Below, piece by piece: positions 28,410 through 37,619 of a stretch of DNA of 45,721 bases; position 1 is the stretch's first letter, and every line of letters begins with the position of its first letter. Under the pieces are notes generated by a model. It did not search any database. It was not told the origin of the DNA and saw only the letters and a program-made list of their open reading frames with translations. The DNA lies in the IMG/VR virus record IMGVR_UViG_3300030330_003185, positions 1 to 45,721 of that record; one strand, written 5' to 3'. The translations under genes were made by a program, and so were the position numbers. Origin of the DNA: a virus (lineage: Duplodnaviria > Caudoviricetes).

Positions 28410-28616
28410 TCAGATTGCACCTCCCACAATTGCGGGAGTTAAATCCACACTCTCGACTGTATTCCAATCAAGAGTAGTAATCTGTTCGCGGCTAACCATT
28501 TCACCATCAACAAACACCCAATGAGTAGGGTGTGTATCAATTTGTTCAATAATTTCTTCAGACGCGAGCATTACTTCTGTATGTCCTGTTTCATTCAAAA
28601 TCCTTAACTTAATCAT
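28410..28616 (-). CDS. ubiquitin-like beta-grasp protein (ThiS/MoaD/SAMP-like) with GG-AI C-terminus
   Basis: 68 aa, MIKLRIL...WVFVDGEMV...VDLTPAIVGGAI; upstream GGAGG RBS. Confidence 0.85.
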   Translation of the reverse strand: MIKLRILNETGHTEVMLASEEIIEQIDTHPTHWVFVDGEMVSREQITTLDWNTVESVDLTPAIVGGAI

Positions 28617-28693
28617 TATAAACAACCTCCGTTGCATAGTCTCCAAGGCTACAACCCTTATGAACCTTGACTGATGAGAAAGAGCCGCCCTGC

Positions 28694-29923
28694 TCATTCC
28701 TCATAATTTTCCCTCCTTTCAAGCGAAGCAATCAGCCGGTCTGCATCGCTATAGGTGCATGGACCTCGGATTTCTCCGTTTAGTTCCATGATTCGTGTAA
28801 TCTGCTCATCTGTGGCGCGGAGGGTTGCACCATAAATGCTTTGAAGATTGCTGATATGCTCCGTAATGTCTTTGCCTCTAACAACCTTAGAAATAATCCT
28901 GTGATATCTCCTAAGATAGTTTCTTGACGAACAAACGGCAGAACAGGCATGTGTTACGCCATAAAGTTCTTTCATATTAATGACGTTGGGATGATTCATA
29001 TGCTCATCAATCTCCAATGCCTGACTAATATCAAGACGATTTTCACTTTCTTCTCTCATCTCAGCCAAGCGTTTCTGCTCAATCTGACGGAGCCGGTTTC
29101 GCTCTCTTTGTTCTTCTCGTTGTCGAGCGATTCTTTCTTGACGCAACCGACGAATCTCCTTAACTTCTTCAATACGTTCCTTACGTCTTGCATCATAACG
29201 TTCCTTCCATTCTAAATAAGCAGGCCTATGTGCCGCATCTAGAAACACAATATCTGCTAACAATGTTTCATTTGGATAGCCACGGCTTCCAATTTGATTG
29301 CGGCTATTATTAGGATTATCCCAACGCCAAAAGACGGAGGCCATTTGATAACCATGAGTGTTCCTAACGCCTTCAGCCCTCTTTCGAGGCTTCATCTTTT
29401 CAATGTTGCGTTCAGTTTCAGTATCCCAAGAATATTCTCCTGTTCCAATAAAGTTACGCCATTGGTCAACTTCACGAAGACCTTCAATCAAGCCATTGAA
29501 CCAATCACCATATTCTGCCCACCAAGCATCTGCCTTCATGTTCTTCATACGCTCCTTAATCCACGCTTGAATTTGCGTATCACTAACAGTTTCAATAGGA
29601 ATGTTAAGTTCCTCAGAAATGTTACGAGCAATCATGTAAGCGTTAATGTGGTCAGAACCAACACATTCGATTTCACCTGTAAGGGTGTTTTCGATTGCAA
29701 AGTGGTAATAAATTGTGTGACCACACAAACAAAGGCCCGGACCATTTTGGGATTCTTTTACCCAATCTGGAATATTAGTGTCATGATACTTAGGCCACCA
29801 ACAATCACCTGTTGCTCGCCATTCACGAACTGCTTCTTCCTTATCATCAGAAATAGATTTCTCAACCATTCGCTGAATAAGTTTGCGGTCCCAATGACCT
29901 GTTCCAAGTTTTCTTAATTTCAA
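28694..29923 (-). CDS. hypothetical protein with Cys/His metal-binding motif and coiled coil
   Basis: CLCGHTI...ENTLTG...VGSDH; R/E-rich helix. Confidence 0.7.
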   Translation of the reverse strand: MKLRKLGTGHWDRKLIQRMVEKSISDDKEEAVREWRATGDCWWPKYHDTNIPDWVKESQNGPGLCLCGHTIYYHFAIENTLTGEIECVGSDHINAYMIARNISEELNIPIETVSDTQIQAWIKERMKNMKADAWWAEYGDWFNGLIEGLREVDQWRNFIGTGEYSWDTETERNIEKMKPRKRAEGVRNTHGYQMASVFWRWDNPNNSRNQIGSRGYPNETLLADIVFLDAAHRPAYLEWKERYDARRKERIEEVKEIRRLRQERIARQREEQRERNRLRQIEQKRLAEMREESENRLDISQALEIDEHMNHPNVINMKELYGVTHACSAVCSSRNYLRRYHRIISKVVRGKDITEHISNLQSIYGATLRATDEQITRIMELNGEIRGPCTYSDADRLIASLERRENYEE

Positions 29924-30450
29924 TTTGACAACCCCATTGTTGTATCATCATCACTATACGGCCAACGGCCTTGTTCTCTAAGACTTTCAATGTCTCCGAT
30001 AGCAATACCGTCTTCAAGCCAAGCAACACCACCATTCAAAAACTTAATGTGAACGGGATATTTTCCGGTATGAAGAATAGTATTCAGTTTAATGTGACCT
30101 ACATGACCACGACGGCATTGAACATTCAAAATTGGGTTCTGAAACCAACCCTCATCGTTCATTGGGTTAGTGTGATGAGCAACACCCAATAGTGAATCTA
30201 CGGCATCAATACCTTCTTCCATGCAAGTTGAACAGTTAAAAGCAATAGGCATACCAATGGTATGAATTTCACTAGCCATCATAACTGTAGGAATAATGCC
30301 TTTCTTATTTGCATACTCCAAAGCAATTTCATTTGCTCGAATATCACGACGCCGCTGTGCTTCTTCATCACGCTTTCTGAATCCCATTTCAATCCCATTC
30401 CATCTTTTCATTCGCTCGTTGCTCACCAAGGAAAGCATCAAGAATCTCAT
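29920..30450 (-). CDS. hypothetical protein (true start probably MGFRKR near 30388)
   Basis: CSTC...CRRGH zinc-type motifs. Confidence 0.55.
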   Translation of the reverse strand: MRFLMLSLVSNERMKRWNGIEMGFRKRDEEAQRRRDIRANEIALEYANKKGIIPTVMMASEIHTIGMPIAFNCSTCMEEGIDAVDSLLGVAHHTNPMNDEGWFQNPILNVQCRRGHVGHIKLNTILHTGKYPVHIKFLNGGVAWLEDGIAIGDIESLREQGRWPYSDDDTTMGLSN

Positions 30451-30658
30451 CTATCTTCTCGGGGAAGACATTGATGATTCCTGCAATTGTCTTTCGGTGC
30501 AGACTAATCCAAATACGGTGATACATGTTAAGCACCATCTTTGGTTCATCATTCTCATTCATCGTAATGATAATGGGAGGAAGTTCCTCATCCATTACCT
30601 TACGAAATTCAACAGGCTTTGTTTTATCTTTAATCATGTTCATTCTAATTCCCTCCAC
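30389..30658 (-). CDS. hypothetical protein
   Basis: Co-oriented ORF. Confidence 0.55.
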   Translation of the reverse strand: MEGIRMNMIKDKTKPVEFRKVMDEELPPIIITMNENDEPKMVLNMYHRIWISLHRKTIAGIINVFPEKIDEILDAFLGEQRANEKMEWD

Positions 30659-30830
30659 GGGGGGCTATTATTTTCAACTAATTGTTGATGAATGAGATTC
30701 ATTGAATCATTTAACATTCCCCACCTTTCATCAATAATAGCATTGATTTGTTCTTCCATATCTTGAAGAATCTTCTTCCTAAAATACCTAAATATAAAAT
30801 TCATTTCTAATCACCTCTTTTAAATACAGG

Positions 30831-30902
30831 CAGGCACGGAGGGAATCGAACCCCCATCCTCGGCTTAGAAGGCCAAGATGCTATCCATTACACCACGCGC
30901 CC
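30831..30902 (-). tRNA. tRNA-Arg(TCT)
   Basis: GGGCGCG/CGTGCCT acceptor stem, anticodon loop CTTCTAA, T-arm GGTTCGATTCC. Confidence 0.93.
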
Positions 30903-30908
30903 CTGTAT

Positions 30909-31223
30909 TTAAGATAGATAGGCCCCCATGACGCTAAGTGCGCTCTTGTGGTCCTTCGTTTGAATCATGTTCTCAACACGACTCAACACGTCCATATCGT
31001 TGCAGTTCCTTTCAACGAATGCAACAGAAATCATCGTTGCTAGGCTCTCAATGGAGGCATTAGTCAGCAACTTGGACAATTGATAAGACATATTGGTTAG
31101 CAACATGCTATTGACCCTACATTCATCACATTCGACACGCATAGGCAAATCATCATCCCAAGCAGATGGGACAATCCTATAACGTTCTCCATTACATACA
31201 TCACATTCAAAATTATAAGTCAT
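30909..31223 (-). CDS. zinc-finger protein
   Basis: CDVCNG...CDEC. Confidence 0.6.
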   Translation of the reverse strand: MTYNFECDVCNGERYRIVPSAWDDDLPMRVECDECRVNSMLLTNMSYQLSKLLTNASIESLATMISVAFVERNCNDMDVLSRVENMIQTKDHKSALSVMGAYLS

Positions 31224-31882
31224 TCTGGTATCACCTTTAGTTTAAAGTTAGCATTCCACTTCTTATTAAAAGCAGCGGTTCTCTCATTATATTTGAGAAT
31301 GGCGTGATGCTTAGGCCACCATTCGGGTTCGCCCCTTACGGGCTTCCAAGCCGCAAATTCCCACTTACCTTCAAGGTAATAGTGGCGGTAAGATGCGATA
31401 ACAAAATCCCAATCTGTTGCATCAGGATTATCTTTGAAGTATTGCACACCATCAAGACGATATTTGTCGTCCATAGCAATCCATACAGGACTTGCTTTTG
31501 ATAGGTCACCCTTCACATATTCTTCAATATCACGAATACGCTTTTCTGTTCGATGAACACGATTCTGATAACGAAACGTGTATTCCTTGCAAAGAGCAAG
31601 CCCATGATGATAAAGCCATGTGAAATTGTCTTCGGATTCCCTCGCCCATTGGGTTGAGGGGTGGTTAAGCATGGCGGGCTTCATCAAATGCGAGCCGGTG
31701 CGAGCATGAAAATCTTTCAACTCTGCGAGTTTGGGTTCTCTTCCATGTTCATGAACAAATTGCTTATAAAGAACATTAGTGTGAAGCATTTGACACGTTT
31801 CCGTGGGCATCTTCACAATATGCTTATCCAACATTTGTTGTGCGGCATTCGTAGGGTCTATGCTAAGAGCAAAAATATTCAT
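31220..31882 (-). CDS. pyrimidine-dimer DNA glycosylase (DenV/Pyr_excise)-like protein
   Basis: MNIF...DKHIVKM..E.CQML, HPSTQWARES..NF.WL, L..EYT.RY, SYR.YY. Confidence 0.75.
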   Translation of the reverse strand: MNIFALSIDPTNAAQQMLDKHIVKMPTETCQMLHTNVLYKQFVHEHGREPKLAELKDFHARTGSHLMKPAMLNHPSTQWARESEDNFTWLYHHGLALCKEYTFRYQNRVHRTEKRIRDIEEYVKGDLSKASPVWIAMDDKYRLDGVQYFKDNPDATDWDFVIASYRHYYLEGKWEFAAWKPVRGEPEWWPKHHAILKYNERTAAFNKKWNANFKLKVIPE

Positions 31883-32100
31883 TCTTCTCCCTCCAATTTT
31901 ACTCCGTCTAACATCATAGGTCCAACGTAGCCATAATATGCAATAGCACAACCTTCACATAGGGCCATATCAGCGTATTGCATGAGATAATTGGGGATTA
32001 CACCTAAAGGCAGGTCACATTCCCCACATCGCATTACAGTAAATTCAATATTGCTCATTGCTCTCCCTCCCAATAAATTACTCGATTCATGATAACACAA
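31879..32100 (-). CDS. small zinc-ribbon protein
   Basis: CGEC...LCEGC. Confidence 0.55.
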   Translation of the reverse strand: MCYHESSNLLGGRAMSNIEFTVMRCGECDLPLGVIPNYLMQYADMALCEGCAIAYYGYVGPMMLDGVKLEGEE

Positions 32101-32270
32101 TCATAAACAAACTGAATAAAATATAAATCATCCTTATTATCATGAAGTATTTCAACAATTTCATTAATCATATCTTCAGTCAATTAATTCCTCTCCTGCT
32201 AATCTGGTGGGCTTTCTTGAAGGAGTAGCCCCTACTCCGTAAATCCTTATACCGCTCACGGCGGCGCATT

Positions 32271-32543
32271 TCAACACTCACCAACCGATTCAAATATTTC
32301 GGCTTCCAATAGTGATGTTGTGTAATTGGGATTATATCTTTCATTCGCTTCATCAAAACACCTTTTACATAATTCATATTTAATTGTGGCTTCGGGCAAC
32401 TCAAACCCGTGCCGATAAAAAACCACCTCGGCTGAATATGAGGACTTCAATCCACACTTCAAACAAGGGGGTTTTCTTTTGATATCTTCAGGCTTCATAG
32501 AGATAGCCTTTCTAAATGCATCTAATAGTTTCATAGTTCCCAC
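32271..32543 (-). CDS. small zinc-ribbon protein
   Basis: CLKCG...LCKRC. Confidence 0.5.
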   Translation of the reverse strand: MGTMKLLDAFRKAISMKPEDIKRKPPCLKCGLKSSYSAEVVFYRHGFELPEATIKYELCKRCFDEANERYNPNYTTSLLEAEIFESVGEC

Positions 32544-32608
32544 CTGCTAAGAAAATAACAAACTAAACCTAAAACTAATAGAAAAATAAATACTTTTATC
32601 CATTCCAT
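32531..32608 (-). CDS. 25-aa membrane microprotein
   Basis: MEWIKVFIFLLVLGLVCYFLSRWEL after an AGGTGA RBS. Confidence 0.45.
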   Translation of the reverse strand: MEWIKVFIFLLVLGLVCYFLSRWEL

Positions 32609-32918
32609 AATTATCACCTAAAGGGGGTGAGGGAAGAACACGACTGTTTAACGAATCCAAGCCTTTCCGTTTAACGACCTTGATTACTGCGAATACCGAG
32701 TAACACAAACAAAAACTGGTCAGGATATGATCTTCTGTTCTTTTTACTTTGGAAACCCTCAATGGTGGAAAACCTACCTTTGTAATATAAAGAGAATATG
32801 CCGGTAAGAAGGCACGGAATATACACACTTCCTCTCCTCAATACACCAAACACAGGACGAATAGGTTTTTACTTCCTAAACCACCATTATCCCTTAAGAC
32901 GACCATTGGTCGTCAGGA

Positions 32919-33284
32919 CTAAAACGCCTTCCCGTGCATAAACTCACGGGACTTATTATACTCCAACTTGGCGATAATTGCACCTGCAATATCTAAGTCC
33001 TTGCCCATCGCGTAATCCATAATGCGAATTACTGCATCAGCAAGTTCTTCTTCAACCGCTGAAAACTCGATAATCTTATCTGAGGAGGGATTACCCTGCC
33101 TCATGGCTTCTAATGCTTCAGATAGTTCTGAATGAACAAGTGCAATAGATTCACCATCGTTTCGGGCATCATCCCAGAAACCATGCTTTACTGCATTCAT
33201 CCAAACCTTCTTTGCAATTCTATGCCATTGTTCTTCAAATAGTTTTTCAGTCATTTTTACACCAACCTGTAACAAGTCCGACAA
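32919..33284 (-). CDS. MazG-like NTP pyrophosphohydrolase
   Basis: ALVHSELSEALEA...EEELADAVIRIMD...KLEYNKSR. Confidence 0.88.
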   Translation of the reverse strand: MSDLLQVGVKMTEKLFEEQWHRIAKKVWMNAVKHGFWDDARNDGESIALVHSELSEALEAMRQGNPSSDKIIEFSAVEEELADAVIRIMDYAMGKDLDIAGAIIAKLEYNKSREFMHGKAF

Positions 33285-33396
33285 CGAGTTTCGGTGACTT
33301 GACGGATTTCGATAACTCGACCCGACATATCCACGACACGCATTGGCTTAATAAGTGTTCGCATATCACATTCATTTCCATTAATACAGTTCATTT

Positions 33397-33693
33397 TCAT
33401 TCCTCCGATAGATGTGTTGTTTCTTCAAGATACCTTGAATAGAAATGCGAAAGTTGGTTAATTGCTTGAACATCTTCCATTGTGTCTCCATGAAGGCCCA
33501 ATGATGGACTAGACCAACTTTCAGAATAAACACATGTTGAACTCGCAACACGCGGAGCCCAAGTTGGAACAGAATAAATACCAATGAAAATCTTAGAGTT
33601 CCGATACCTAATGGCAAAGTAACTTCCATCTTCAAATTCCCCATCCGCTTGAAACGGACAAGTGCGCGTATCTACAATGTATTTTCTAATCAT
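33397..33693 (-). CDS. hypothetical protein
   Basis: CPFQADG...YFAIRYR motif; co-oriented. Confidence 0.55.
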   Translation of the reverse strand: MIRKYIVDTRTCPFQADGEFEDGSYFAIRYRNSKIFIGIYSVPTWAPRVASSTCVYSESWSSPSLGLHGDTMEDVQAINQLSHFYSRYLEETTHLSEE

Positions 33694-34136
33694 TCTTCAG
33701 ACCTCCCAAACGGTCCTTCGACCTTTTTATCATTAATTTGAAATTCATCACAAATCACATCGAACAAAGTGTATTCTTGCTCATAGTGGCGATGATATGC
33801 AGTTTCTAGGAAGTCAATAATCATCCATTCTTCCATGTGACTATAGTCTTTCATATAAATCACAGTATCGTTTTCAACATATCTTGTTTGACTGTCAGCC
33901 TTTTCATCCCATTCTGAGGGTTCTTCAAGCATGAACAGTTCAGGAGTATAGTCAATTGATTCAATAACAATACTATAATCATAAGCAGAGCGCCTCAAAG
34001 TAAATACATCACCATTCGTGAAGTGTCCTCTAACTTCAATTTCACCCAAATCATGGTCAAAAGGACCGTGCAAAATAACACGATAACTCTTTACATGAGA
34101 TTCTCTTTCTCCATACATAATTTTATATTCTTCCAT
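33690..34136 (-). CDS. hypothetical acidic protein
   Basis: Start reassigned to MEEYK downstream of tRNA-Lys. Confidence 0.6.
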   Translation of the reverse strand: MEEYKIMYGERESHVKSYRVILHGPFDHDLGEIEVRGHFTNGDVFTLRRSAYDYSIVIESIDYTPELFMLEEPSEWDEKADSQTRYVENDTVIYMKDYSHMEEWMIIDFLETAYHRHYEQEYTLFDVICDEFQINDKKVEGPFGRSEE

Positions 34137-34186
34137 TTTAATTCCTCGAAAGTTGAGCAGTTTTAATTCATGCTCAGGAATTTGAA

Positions 34187-34264
34187 TGGCGAGCCGTGTG
34201 GGGTTCGAACCCACGAATCTTCGGGTTAAAAGCCCGACGCCTTACCTGACTTGGCTAACGGCCC
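34187..34264 (-). tRNA. tRNA-Lys(TTT), CCA encoded
   Basis: GGGCCGT/ACGGCTC acceptor stem, loop CTTTTAA, GGTTCGAACCC, 3' GCCA. Confidence 0.94.
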
Positions 34265-34278
34265 ATTTTGGTTTTACC

Positions 34279-35709
34279 TCAGTTAATCCCCGGTTGAGGA
34301 CCACAGTAGTAAAGGTTCTTCTTTGCGCGAGTAATCGCAACATAGCAGATATTGTTTTCTTCTGAACCACCACGGGGATGAGGCATCCTATCTGTGGCGA
34401 GAATATAGACGTTATCTGCTTCAAGACCCTTAGCCTTGTGAACGGTCGAAAGCATCACATCACCATACGTCTTTCCATCAAAGACCTTCTTAATCTCGGT
34501 AATGATTCCACCAACAGTTTCAGCACGGGAAGCAAAGATGCGAATACATTCGACTTTATCCTCAAGGTTGTTTGCTTGATTCTCCTTTCCTGCATCACGA
34601 AGACGCTTCAGCATAATTGCCGTGTTGGTTTCAAGATGATTCACAAACTCACGCGAAGTCATCCTTTCATCCTTTGAAATCTTCTTGACGTGGTTAATCA
34701 ATCCCTTCGTCATATCACGGCCAAGAATGTAGCAAGAACGCCCTTCCAAAATCAATTGATAGAAAGCGTTGATGAGAGGTGCGTTATATCGGCAGAGAAC
34801 AATATCTCCACGCACAGGATTAAACGCTGCGTTCACCTTAACGGAGCCATTGATTGCAGTTTCAGGACATGAAAAATCAGAAACGTAACGGTTGGCTTCC
34901 TTAACGACGGTATGGGGACAACGCCACGAAACCGACAGGGGAAAATCCTTGATTTTTCGGCCACGCGCTTCGAGGTCCGACTTGAAAAGGTCCATTGAAT
35001 TTGAATCGGCTCCACGGAATCCGTAAATTGCTTGGTTAGGGTCGCCCACAACCACAACACGGCCATTTGCACCGATACATTCCTTGATGAGACAACGTTG
35101 CATCTCGTTAAAGTCCTGCGCTTCATCAACAAACAGAATATCAAAGACAGGGAAAACGTAGTTCTCCACAAGCGGAAGCCAAATCATGTCGTCAAAATCA
35201 ACTTCATGTGCATTGTTTCGAGCAATCGTCAAGATTGCAGGAATAGCACGAATGGCGTCGGCTTCGGTTCCCTCTTCAAACTCGATATTATATTCATCAA
35301 TCAGACGGTTAATGGACTTAACATCAGTTCCTTCAACCATCGAACCCTTCACAAGAGAAATCAACTTCACAAGAGGTGCGGCATAAAAATCCTTTCCAAG
35401 CAATTCTCCAATAATCTGCCACGTTTTCTTTGTGTTCACCTTTGAACGGACACCATTTGAACGAATGGCCGCAAACCCAAGTGAATGAAACGTCTTTGCC
35501 GTAACATCATCAGGCAAACGCTCGCCCAATTCAGTCGCAATACTCTTATTGAAAGCAAGGAAAGCCATACGGCGTGCATTTGCACGGTGCGATGCTTCAA
35601 CGATTGTTGTCGTCTTTCCGGTTCCTGCACCGGCATAAACGAAAACATCGCTCGTTCCATTTTCAATTTCTTCAAAAATTTCGTTTTGTTGTTCTGTCCA
35701 ATTACTCAT
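34279..35709 (-). CDS. UvrD/Rep superfamily 1 helicase
   Basis: AGAGTGKTTT, AFNK, TFHSLG, VDEAQD, VGDPNQAIYGFRGA, STVHKAKGLE, YVAITRAK. Confidence 0.96.
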   Translation of the reverse strand: MSNWTEQQNEIFEEIENGTSDVFVYAGAGTGKTTTIVEASHRANARRMAFLAFNKSIATELGERLPDDVTAKTFHSLGFAAIRSNGVRSKVNTKKTWQIIGELLGKDFYAAPLVKLISLVKGSMVEGTDVKSINRLIDEYNIEFEEGTEADAIRAIPAILTIARNNAHEVDFDDMIWLPLVENYVFPVFDILFVDEAQDFNEMQRCLIKECIGANGRVVVVGDPNQAIYGFRGADSNSMDLFKSDLEARGRKIKDFPLSVSWRCPHTVVKEANRYVSDFSCPETAINGSVKVNAAFNPVRGDIVLCRYNAPLINAFYQLILEGRSCYILGRDMTKGLINHVKKISKDERMTSREFVNHLETNTAIMLKRLRDAGKENQANNLEDKVECIRIFASRAETVGGIITEIKKVFDGKTYGDVMLSTVHKAKGLEADNVYILATDRMPHPRGGSEENNICYVAITRAKKNLYYCGPQPGIN

Positions 35710-35863
35710 TTTTATTCCTCCTCAAGTTTAATATTATGAATGAAGGCTTCACAGCCTTCAAGATGAATTAATAGAAACTGTTCAAAAGACAAGTCAAGTT
35801 CCATCGAAACCTCACATTGCAAGTATTTTTCCAAGTATCTATATTTCAATTGTTGGAATCTTT

Positions 35864-36199
35864 TCACTCTTCCTCAACTCCAAGATTAAAGACAATATCA
35901 CGAAGAGTTTCCTCGTCTTGGGGATTCCCCTTCATGTAAAGATAAATCAACCTAAACATGATTCGCTTTGCATTCGATTGCCTATGCTTGTCCATAACAG
36001 AACAATGCTCAATAAGAGCATAAAGGTCAAACGTCTTCGCCAAATCGCCGCCAATATAAAATCGCATATTGGGCAACGGTTTCAGCATTTCATTCATGAC
36101 GTGAAGAGCATAATGGCCCTTATCATCATCAACAGTCACCTTCATCATTTCAAACATGGCCTTAGCCAATGCCGCACAGTTTTCCATCATCATTTTCAT
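35864..36199 (-). CDS. hypothetical protein
   Basis: Co-oriented ORF. Confidence 0.6.
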   Translation of the reverse strand: MKMMMENCAALAKAMFEMMKVTVDDDKGHYALHVMNEMLKPLPNMRFYIGGDLAKTFDLYALIEHCSVMDKHRQSNAKRIMFRLIYLYMKGNPQDEETLRDIVFNLGVEEE

Positions 36200-36543
36200 G
36201 CCTCCTCAAAAAGATACTTCGGGAAATCATAATAGTAGTCAAAGACCTTTTCTGACTTGATATCATAAAGAGCATAAGAGTCTTCATCACCCGCATGGAA
36301 TGAAAGAGTCAGTTCAAAATATTCATGGTCAGCATATTCGCCAACCAGACCACCCTTAAGACGGTGACAATCCCAAATAGAAATATCAAATGGATAGTCA
36401 GGGACTTCTAAATTATCCCAACCATTTGCAGTAACAGCAATCAGATTTTGTAATCCATCAACACCAAACTGTTCAATCGCTTCAGTTACAGAAGCCGCAT
36501 ATTCATGCAGTTCATGTGGTCCATTATTCGTATTTGTATCCAT
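36196..36543 (-). CDS. hypothetical acidic protein
   Basis: ORF with GGAGGT RBS. Confidence 0.65.
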   Translation of the reverse strand: MDTNTNNGPHELHEYAASVTEAIEQFGVDGLQNLIAVTANGWDNLEVPDYPFDISIWDCHRLKGGLVGEYADHEYFELTLSFHAGDEDSYALYDIKSEKVFDYYYDFPKYLFEEA

Positions 36544-36790
36544 TTTAATTACCTCCCTCTAATTAGGGGAAAATGAAGTCCGGTAAAACGACCGGAACCT
36601 CGGCACATAATTTGGTGATTAGGGTCGCGGAAAAGCAGGTAATAGAGAACCATGACGAAAACTATCGTAGCCCAGATGGGAGGTTTCTGCTTTATTATTC
36701 GGGCAAAACCGCGTTTGCTTAGGAAGGAGACAAACACATTTCTGTGCTGCTTTAGGCTCCCTTGTCTGCTACTTCCTAATTGAATATAAA

Positions 36791-36872
36791 TGCGGGAGGC
36801 AGGATTTGAACCTGCGAAACATTATGTAATTGGGCTTAAACCAATCGCCTTTGACCGCTCGGCTACTCCCGC
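36791..36872 (-). tRNA. tRNA-Leu(TAA)
   Basis: GCGGGAG/CTCCCGC acceptor stem, loop TTTAAGC, long variable arm, GGTTCAAATCC. Confidence 0.92.
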
Positions 36873-37120
36873 TTGAATTGTTGTGAAAGGCGACACAACA
36901 CTTGATTGATGGGCTTTCCGACCACATCAACAGGGGGGAGGGCCAGACTACATAAGGGGAGGGCCGCGATGCCTCGGTCCCCTTCATTTTGAAAAAAGTC
37001 CGGCTCAACTCAGTTTGAGATAAAGGGGGGAAGGCAGGCAGGGTTGGATTTTAGGCCCAACCCTGCCTGTTTTAGAGAATACCGCAGTATTCAATCCTTC
37101 AGGGGGGGATTATTAGGTAA

Positions 37121-37597
37121 TCACTCCTCGCTGACGGAATCGCCAAGCAATCCGTCAACCGTGCCGTCCCAAGAACCGTCCTTAAACATCTTGGAAAGCG
37201 TGTTTCGTGCTTTCTTCGACTGAGCAGCGGCATAGTCATCAGCAGACTCATATTGTCCACCGCCAGACTTTGCATGCTTCATCGAAATAGCCGCGATAAC
37301 GGCATCATGGCCGTAATAGGCCAAAGCCGCTTCATGCACAACGCCGCAAACACGGTCAATTGCTACACGGGCAGCAGCAGGCACTTTGCTCTTTTGACCG
37401 CGACGGAACGGGGTTCCATCACGACCGCGAAGCAACGCCTTTAGCGCGTTTGTCGCAGCAGTTCGTTCATTGGGGTTGTTGTTCCCCACTTGCAGGTTTA
37501 ATTCAACAACCTGACGCAGAGAAGCGTCAAGTTGGTCATCAGCCGCAAGGTAGTTGTTGACCTCGATAACGAGGCTGTTCCACTCCATTTCATCCAT
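37121..37597 (-). CDS. uncharacterised protein, paralog family member 1
   Basis: PFRRG, KHAKSGGG, WDGT shared with 39466-39990 and 40539-41021. Confidence 0.85.
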   Translation of the reverse strand: MDEMEWNSLVIEVNNYLAADDQLDASLRQVVELNLQVGNNNPNERTAATNALKALLRGRDGTPFRRGQKSKVPAAARVAIDRVCGVVHEAALAYYGHDAVIAAISMKHAKSGGGQYESADDYAAAQSKKARNTLSKMFKDGSWDGTVDGLLGDSVSEE

Positions 37598-37619
37598 TTT
37601 ATTTCTCTCCTATTTCTAG

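Noticed and set aside
28300-28410. Cobalamin riboswitch upstream of nrdJ (GGAAGACCGCCC resembles part of a B12 box)
   Set aside because: Too short, other conserved core elements are missing, and two terminator hairpins explain the sequence
28617-28697. Longer 95-aa start for the Ubl
   Set aside because: A GGAGG RBS and promoter-like element support the internal ATG at 28616, which gives a compact beta-grasp domain
29294-29917. Long plus-strand ORFs antisense to real genes (e.g. 29294-29917, 11253-11984, 709-1191)
   Set aside because: Shadow frames with no motifs or RBS, opposite well-supported minus-strand genes
34137-34214. N-terminal extension of ORF 33690-34214 and ORFs 36769-37008 and 34242-34424
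   Set aside because: They overlap tRNA genes or the helicase; treated as spurious
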